Assembly (NCBI GenBank): GCA_020725545.1
Contig: DYEV01000036.1
Location: 97-64,096, forward strand
Length of the DNA: 64,000 nt
Direction of reading: 5' to 3'
Source: Desulfobacca sp.
GTDB taxonomy: Bacteria; Desulfobacterota; Desulfobaccia; Desulfobaccales; Desulfobaccaceae
A program made the translations under genes and the position numbers. The notes beneath the pieces are model-generated. The model had not been told where the DNA came from. It did no database searches and saw nothing but the letters and a program-made list of their open reading frames with translations. Shown here piece after piece: positions 59,337-64,000 of the stretch. Each line of letters opens with the position of its first letter. Positions within the stretch are counted from its first letter, which is position 1.

Positions 59337-60533
59337 CTACACCTGCCTGAGGGCCTGGTCCAGGTCCGCCTGCAAATCGGCCAGGGCTTCGCAGCCCACG
59401 GAAAAGCGGATCATGTCCTCGGTGATGCCGAGGCGTTCCCGTTCCTCCGGGGGGACGCCGGCATGGGTCATGGAGGCGGGGTGTTGGATGAGTGATTCCA
59501 CGCCGCCCAGGGAGACGGCTAGGCTGATAAGCTTGAGATGATTGAGGAAAGTCACGGCGGCCGGCCGGCCGCGGGTAAGGCCGAAACTGATCATAAAGCC
59601 GAAAGCAGCCATCTGCTGCCGAGCGATCCAGTGTTGGGGATGGTCCGGCAATCCCGGATAGATGACCCAGGCCACTTTGGGGTGCTGCCGCAAAAACTCC
59701 GCCAAGGCCAGGGCGTTGGCCTGGGAACGCTCCAGGCGCAGCGCCAGGGTGCGCACGCCCCGGAGGATCAGCCAGGCCTGATGGGGATCCATAACGCCGC
59801 CGGTGAGGGTTACGAAGCGCTTGATCTGCCGGTGCCAGGCCGGCTCCCGGCCGACGATCATCCCGCCGATGGCGTCGCTGTGGCCGTTCAAGGCCTTGGT
59901 GAGACTGTGCACGACGATATCGGCCTGGAACTCCAACGGCCGCTGGCAGTAGGGTGTGGCAAAGGTATTATCCACCACCAACAGACTGCCATGGTCATGG
60001 GCCAGACGGGCCGCAGCAGCCAAATCGGTAATTTGCAACGTCGGATTGGTGGGCGTCTCCAGAAAAAGCAATTTCGGCCGCGCCGCCAGGGCCGACTCCA
60101 GGGCGGCCAGGTCCGAAGTATCCACAAACCTCCTCTGCATGCCGAAACGGGGGAGTTCCCGGGCGATGACCGTATAGCTGGGGCCATACAGGCATTCACC
60201 GGCCACCACCGCATCACCGGCCGCCAGCAGGCCGAAAAGCACCGCATGGATGGCGGCCATGCCGCTGGCCGTGGCCACAGCCCAGGTCCCGCCCTCCAGG
60301 GCCGCCACGGCCTCTTCCAGGGCCTGCACCGTGGGGTTGCCCATGCGGGTATAGACATAGCCCGGCTGCTCACCAGTAAAGCGGGCCGCACCCACCTCGG
60401 CATCGGGAAAGGTAAAAGTAGAGGTCTGAAAGATGGGCGGCGAGACTTCGCCAAAAATCGACTGTTTCAGACCACCGGCATGAATGGCCAGGGTTTCCGG
60501 ACGCCACGTTGTTTTTTCAGGTTCTTTCCCCAC
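59337..60533 (-). CDS. Cys/Met-metabolism PLP enzyme (cystathionine gamma-synthase/beta-lyase or methionine gamma-lyase family)
   Basis: GTG start with an AAGAGG RBS. It has YTRMGNPT, the PLP lysine in HSLTKALNGHSD and SLGGVESL. Confidence 0.88.
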   Translation of the reverse strand: MGKEPEKTTWRPETLAIHAGGLKQSIFGEVSPPIFQTSTFTFPDAEVGAARFTGEQPGYVYTRMGNPTVQALEEAVAALEGGTWAVATASGMAAIHAVLFGLLAAGDAVVAGECLYGPSYTVIARELPRFGMQRRFVDTSDLAALESALAARPKLLFLETPTNPTLQITDLAAAARLAHDHGSLLVVDNTFATPYCQRPLEFQADIVVHSLTKALNGHSDAIGGMIVGREPAWHRQIKRFVTLTGGVMDPHQAWLILRGVRTLALRLERSQANALALAEFLRQHPKVAWVIYPGLPDHPQHWIARQQMAAFGFMISFGLTRGRPAAVTFLNHLKLISLAVSLGGVESLIQHPASMTHAGVPPEERERLGITEDMIRFSVGCEALADLQADLDQALRQV

Positions 60534-60580
60534 GGCATACCTCTTTGCAGATAGTGGTCAGTGGTCAGAAGATACCATTC

Positions 60581-60605
60581 GTGGGGCGGGCCTCCGTGCC
60601 CGCCC
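60581..60605 (-). repeat. second copy of the 25-nt GC hairpin element
   Basis: The reverse complement, GGGCGGGCACGGAGGCCCGCCCCAC, matches 8622-8646 at 24 of 25 positions. Confidence 0.6.
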
Positions 60606-60663
60606 TCGCCAGCCAGGTTCGGCCAAGGACAGGAAGCTGGGGGCGACGGTCGATGAATGATCC

Positions 60664-60692
60664 TTGCTCCCCTGGGGGAATGATAGTATTAT
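60664..60692 (+). promoter_or_regulatory. sigma-70-type promoter candidate for pgm
   Basis: TTGCTC (60664-60669), a 17-nt spacer and TATTAT (60687-60692). This would give a leader of about 235 nt. Confidence 0.4.
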
Positions 60693-60857
60693 AACAACAA
60701 ATTGGCAAGAGGCGGCGCAGGGCGCCAATAAAGTGAAGGAGTTGCAAGAGTATTGCACCCGGAAACCTAGGGTGGCCCACCGTCAGCAAGAACAGGGGGC
60801 CAGCCCTAAATCAGGGATTTAAGTAAGGAAAAAGCCAAGATTTGCAAAAGCCCCGAC

Positions 60858-60913
60858 CAACAACCAACAACTAGCAACTAACAACTCATAACTCACAACT
60901 GACTACCGACCAC
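60858..60913 (+). repeat. eight tandem heptads, C/A-rich and G-poor, abutting the pgm RBS
   Basis: CAACAAC CAACAAC TAGCAAC TAACAAC TCATAAC TCACAAC TGACTAC CGACCAC. The SD AAGGAGG follows within about 7 nt. Confidence 0.7.
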
Positions 60914-60933
60914 TCCCCCAAGGAGGAGATCGC

Positions 60934-62577
60934 ATGGGCGTCCATTCGCAGGCCGGTCAACTCCCGGCCCTGGCCGATCTGATCAATGTCCCCCGGCTGA
61001 TCACCGCCTATTTCACGAACCGGCCTGACCCGTCTATCCAGAGCCAACGGGTGGCCTTCGGCACCTCAGGACACCGGGGTTCGTCTTTGGATAATTCCTT
61101 TAACGAAGCCCACATTCTGGCGGTGACTGAGGCCATCTGCCGTTACCGTCAGCAAAAGGGCATCAATGGCCCACTTTTCCTGGGTATCGATACCCATGCC
61201 CTGTCAGAGCCGGCCCAGGCCACGGCCCTGGAGGTGCTGGCGGCCCACGGCGTCGAGGTTATGGTGGATGCCCGGGACGGCTATACGCCGACCCCAGTGA
61301 TCTCTCATGCCATCCTGACGTATAACCGGGGGCGGCAGCGTGGCCAGGCGGACGGCATCGTCATCACTCCTTCTCATAACCCGCCGAACTCCGGTGGGAT
61401 CAAATACAACCCGCCCCACGGCGGGCCGGCCGAAGCTGAGGTGACCAAATGGATCGAGATCGAGGCCAATAACCTGTTGGCCAATAACCTGGCGGGAATC
61501 CCACGGCTGCCTTACGAAAAAGCCAAAAGAGCCTCCACCACCCACCGTCATCATTACGTGGAGGCCTATGTGGACGACCTGCCGGCCGTGGTGGATATCC
61601 AGGCTATAGCCGCCAGCCGGGTGCATCTGGGGGTGGACCCCCTGGGCGGCGCCAGCGTCGCTTTCTGGCAGGCCATGGCCGAGCGGCATCGTCTCAACCT
61701 GGAGGTGGTCAACCCGGCCGTCGATCCCACCTTCCGCTTCCTGACCCTGGACTGGGACGGTCAGATCCGCATGGATCCGTCCTCGGTCTATGCCATGGCC
61801 GGGCTCATCGGCCTCAAGGACCGCTTCCGGGTGGCCTGCGGCAATGACGCGGATGCCGACCGCTTTGGTGTTGTCACTCCTGTCCAGGGGCTGCTCCAAC
61901 CCAATCACTATCTGGCCGTGGCCATCGCCTACCTCTTTACCAATCGGCCCCAATGGCCGGCCCAGGCCGGCATCGGCAAAACCCTGGTGAGCAGCAGTAT
62001 CATCGATCGGCTGGCGGCCCATCTCAACCGCCCCCTGGTGGAGGTGCCGGTGGGCTTTAAGTGGTTCGTGAAAGAGCTCTTTGACAGCTCCCTGGGTTTC
62101 GGCGGCGAGGAGAGCGCCGGGGCTTCTTTCCTTAGAAGGGACGGCACGGTCTGGTCCACCGACAAAGACGGCATTATTATGAATCTGTTGGCCGCCGAAA
62201 TCATTGCCAAGACCGGTAAAGACCCGGGCGAGCATTACCAGGAATTAACGGCCCGCTGTGGCACGCCGTATTATACCCGCATCGACGCCCCGGCCACGCC
62301 TGCAGAAAAGGCCCGTTTGGCAAAACTCTCACCCGAGGCGGTCAAAACCGGGACCCTGGCCGGGGAGCCCATCACTGCCAAACTGACCAAGGCCCCGGGC
62401 AACAATGCCGACATCGGCGGTCTCAAAGTGGTGGCCGCCAACGGTTGGTTCGCGGCCCGGCCCTCGGGCACCGAGGACATCTATAAAATATATGCGGAAA
62501 GCTTCAAGGACCAGCAGCACCTAGCCGCCATCGTGGCCGAAGCCCAAGAAATCGTCAAGGCGGCTATGGGGGCATGA
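60934..62577 (+). CDS. pgm: phosphoglucomutase (alpha-D-glucose phosphate-specific)
   Basis: 547 aa with the active-site TPSHNPPNSGGIKYN, metal loop GNDADADR and GGEESAG. Confidence 0.95.
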   Translation: MGVHSQAGQLPALADLINVPRLITAYFTNRPDPSIQSQRVAFGTSGHRGSSLDNSFNEAHILAVTEAICRYRQQKGINGPLFLGIDTHALSEPAQATALEVLAAHGVEVMVDARDGYTPTPVISHAILTYNRGRQRGQADGIVITPSHNPPNSGGIKYNPPHGGPAEAEVTKWIEIEANNLLANNLAGIPRLPYEKAKRASTTHRHHYVEAYVDDLPAVVDIQAIAASRVHLGVDPLGGASVAFWQAMAERHRLNLEVVNPAVDPTFRFLTLDWDGQIRMDPSSVYAMAGLIGLKDRFRVACGNDADADRFGVVTPVQGLLQPNHYLAVAIAYLFTNRPQWPAQAGIGKTLVSSSIIDRLAAHLNRPLVEVPVGFKWFVKELFDSSLGFGGEESAGASFLRRDGTVWSTDKDGIIMNLLAAEIIAKTGKDPGEHYQELTARCGTPYYTRIDAPATPAEKARLAKLSPEAVKTGTLAGEPITAKLTKAPGNNADIGGLKVVAANGWFAARPSGTEDIYKIYAESFKDQQHLAAIVAEAQEIVKAAMGA

Positions 62578-62653
62578 AAGAGTGGGACGTTGGCCACAGG
62601 GGTAAAAGACCAATGCTTGGGGAAAAGAGTGAGGTGGCAAACAGCTGAGCTGC

Positions 62654-62965
62654 TTAGTCGTTGTCGTCGTTCTGGAGCGGGGGAGAGGGAGGTTTGGGCC
62701 ACGGCGCGCTGTAGGACACCGGCCCCTGGCCATATTGGGACCAGAGACGCCAGACCACCGCTTTCCGTTCCCAGAGAGGGAGGCTGAAGTATAGCTCGCT
62801 CAGCATCAGCGTCTTAATAATGTCCTTAAGCTCCATGGCCGTCAGTTCGCTGTTGGGGCGCATTCGAGAATTGTCATCCTTATCGGTATGTTTGGCCAGT
62901 TGCATTAAATTCCTCAGGGCGGACAGCAGCTCCTTCCACGGACTCCCCCCAGTGCTGCGCTCCAT
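62654..62965 (-). CDS. hypothetical small protein
   Basis: 103-aa ORF with lower GC than its neighbours and no recognisable family. It is divergent from the IS630 fragment and could be spurious or IS-associated. Confidence 0.3.
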   Translation of the reverse strand: MERSTGGSPWKELLSALRNLMQLAKHTDKDDNSRMRPNSELTAMELKDIIKTLMLSELYFSLPLWERKAVVWRLWSQYGQGPVSYSAPWPKPPSPPLQNDDND

Positions 62966-63002
62966 AATTATTCCGATATAATCTCTTCCCAGGAGGTGGC
63001 TT

Positions 63003-63590
63003 ATGGGAAGAGGACCATCAGTTCAGATTACGCTGACGCCGGAAGAAGAAAAGACCTTGGCCCTGTGGACCAAGGCCGGTACCACGCAACAGCGTTTCAC
63101 GAAACGGGCCAATGTCATTCTGGGATCGGCCCAGGGGTTGGGGATGGCAGAGATAAGCCGGATGAGCGGTTTGAGCCCCAAAAATTGCGGCAAGTGGCGG
63201 GCCGGCGGTCAAGCTCAGAGATTGGCGGAGCTTCAGGACCGCTCTCGGCGCGGCCGGCCTTTAGCCATCAGCCCGGCGGTACGCCTGAAAGTGCTGGCCC
63301 TGGCTTGCACAAAGCCGCCGGACGGCAGCAACGCCTGGACCCGCCGCAAATTGAGCCAGGTTGTGGGGGTCAGCAATCCCTCCGTCTATCGTATTCTGAA
63401 CGAAGGACGGCTCCAACCCCACAAGGAGCAGTGCTGGTGCGGCACCAGTCCGGATCAGGAATTTGAGGCTAAACAAGCTGCGATCCTGGCGCTTTACCTG
63501 GACCCGCCGGATAACGCCCTGCTCTTGGCGGTGGCTGAAAAGACTGCCATCCAGACCCGGGACCGCACCCAGCCCATGCTGCTCCAATAG
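63003..63590 (+). mobile_element. IS630-family transposase gene, N-terminal fragment only (DDE domain missing)
   Basis: MGRGPSVQITLTPEEEKTLALWTKAGTT...GKWR...RSRRGRP...ALYLDPPDNALLLAVAEKTAIQTRDRTQPMLLQ* follows the IS630 HTH/linker pattern. It stops exactly where the catalytic domain should begin. Confidence 0.7.
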
Positions 63591-63676
63591 CCATAACTAC
63601 CTATGGTTCATCCAGATACCTTACCTATAAAGAGGTGTAAAGGTCCACAATTAATTGGACAAAGTCAAGGGTTAAA

Positions 63677-64000
63677 TCAGGCGGCCTGGGGAAGCGGCTG
63701 AAGTTGTTCCTGCCGCACCTGGGGTGGGGTTTTGTAATCGTGGCGTTGGAGAATCCAGTTGTCGTTGTAAAGGCGCTTAAAGTTTAGAAAAGCCAGACGT
63801 AACTCCTCTAAGGTGGAGAAGTCCTTGACCCAGAGCAAATTTTCCTTGATTATCCGGACCAAGCGCTCGGCGCAGCCGTTGCCTTCCGGAGCCCGGACAA
63901 AGGCTGGGGAACTGGTGATGCCCAAAAAAGCAATTTCTTCCTGAAAATCATGTGAAATATACTGACTGCCATGGTCATGGCGCAGGGCCAAGCCTGGGCG
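63677..64000 (-). mobile_element. rve (integrase-core) DDE transposase, C-terminal part; gene continues beyond window end
   Basis: RHDHGSQYISHDFQEEIAFLGITSSPAFVRAPEGNGCAERLVRIIKENLL...LNFKRLYNDNWILQRHDYKTPPQV is a typical rve-domain C-terminus of the IS3/IS481 superfamily type. The frame is open to base 64000. Confidence 0.75.

Noticed and set aside
60534-60700. Possible SAM/SAH riboswitch upstream of the Cys/Met PLP enzyme gene
   Set aside because: None of the SAM-I (GAGGGA...GGUGCUAA), SAM-II or SAH core motifs could be found on the minus strand. The only strong structure is the dispersed 25-nt GC hairpin.

Overview
GC-rich chromosomal segment of a Gram-negative bacterium. The gene content (LpxI-type lipid A pathway, DsrE-like protein, PEP-CTERM remnant, DUF1844) suggests Desulfobacterota/deltaproteobacteria, but that is inference only. 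Most of the window is core housekeeping. It includes a roughly 10 kb co-directional envelope supercluster (lysS-lolC/E-lolD-bamA-skp-lpxD-fabZ-lpxA-lpxI). It also holds dnaN-gyrB, ilvD, an RNase E/G gene, rpoD plus a DksA-like gene, a second canonical dksA, ispE-prs-pth, serA plus a class V aminotransferase, glgB, pgm, moaC, rlmN and one tRNA-Ser(UGA). Four MacB-superfamily ABC systems are present. The most unusual locus is a tightly coupled five-gene minus-strand cluster at 51.6-59.1 kb. It encodes a 1223-aa FecR-TPR-putative beta-barrel protein, an orphan CarH-like cobalamin-binding module with no DNA-binding domain, and a DevCAB-like permease/ATPase/adaptor set with no TolC-type gene. Other points of interest are families of GC-run palindromic intergenic repeats, and an inverted-repeat-bracketed cassette with a C/A heptad tract between a Cys/Met PLP enzyme gene and pgm. 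There is also an AT-rich non-coding island next to the tRNA with an over-represented 8-mer, a PEP-CTERM gene relic, a probable frameshift, and nested IS fragments at the right edge. No rRNA genes or CRISPR array were seen. Several M residues at ORF-track starts are actually TTG or GTG codons. Many track ORFs are antisense shadows of real genes, so starts were re-picked by hand where possible.
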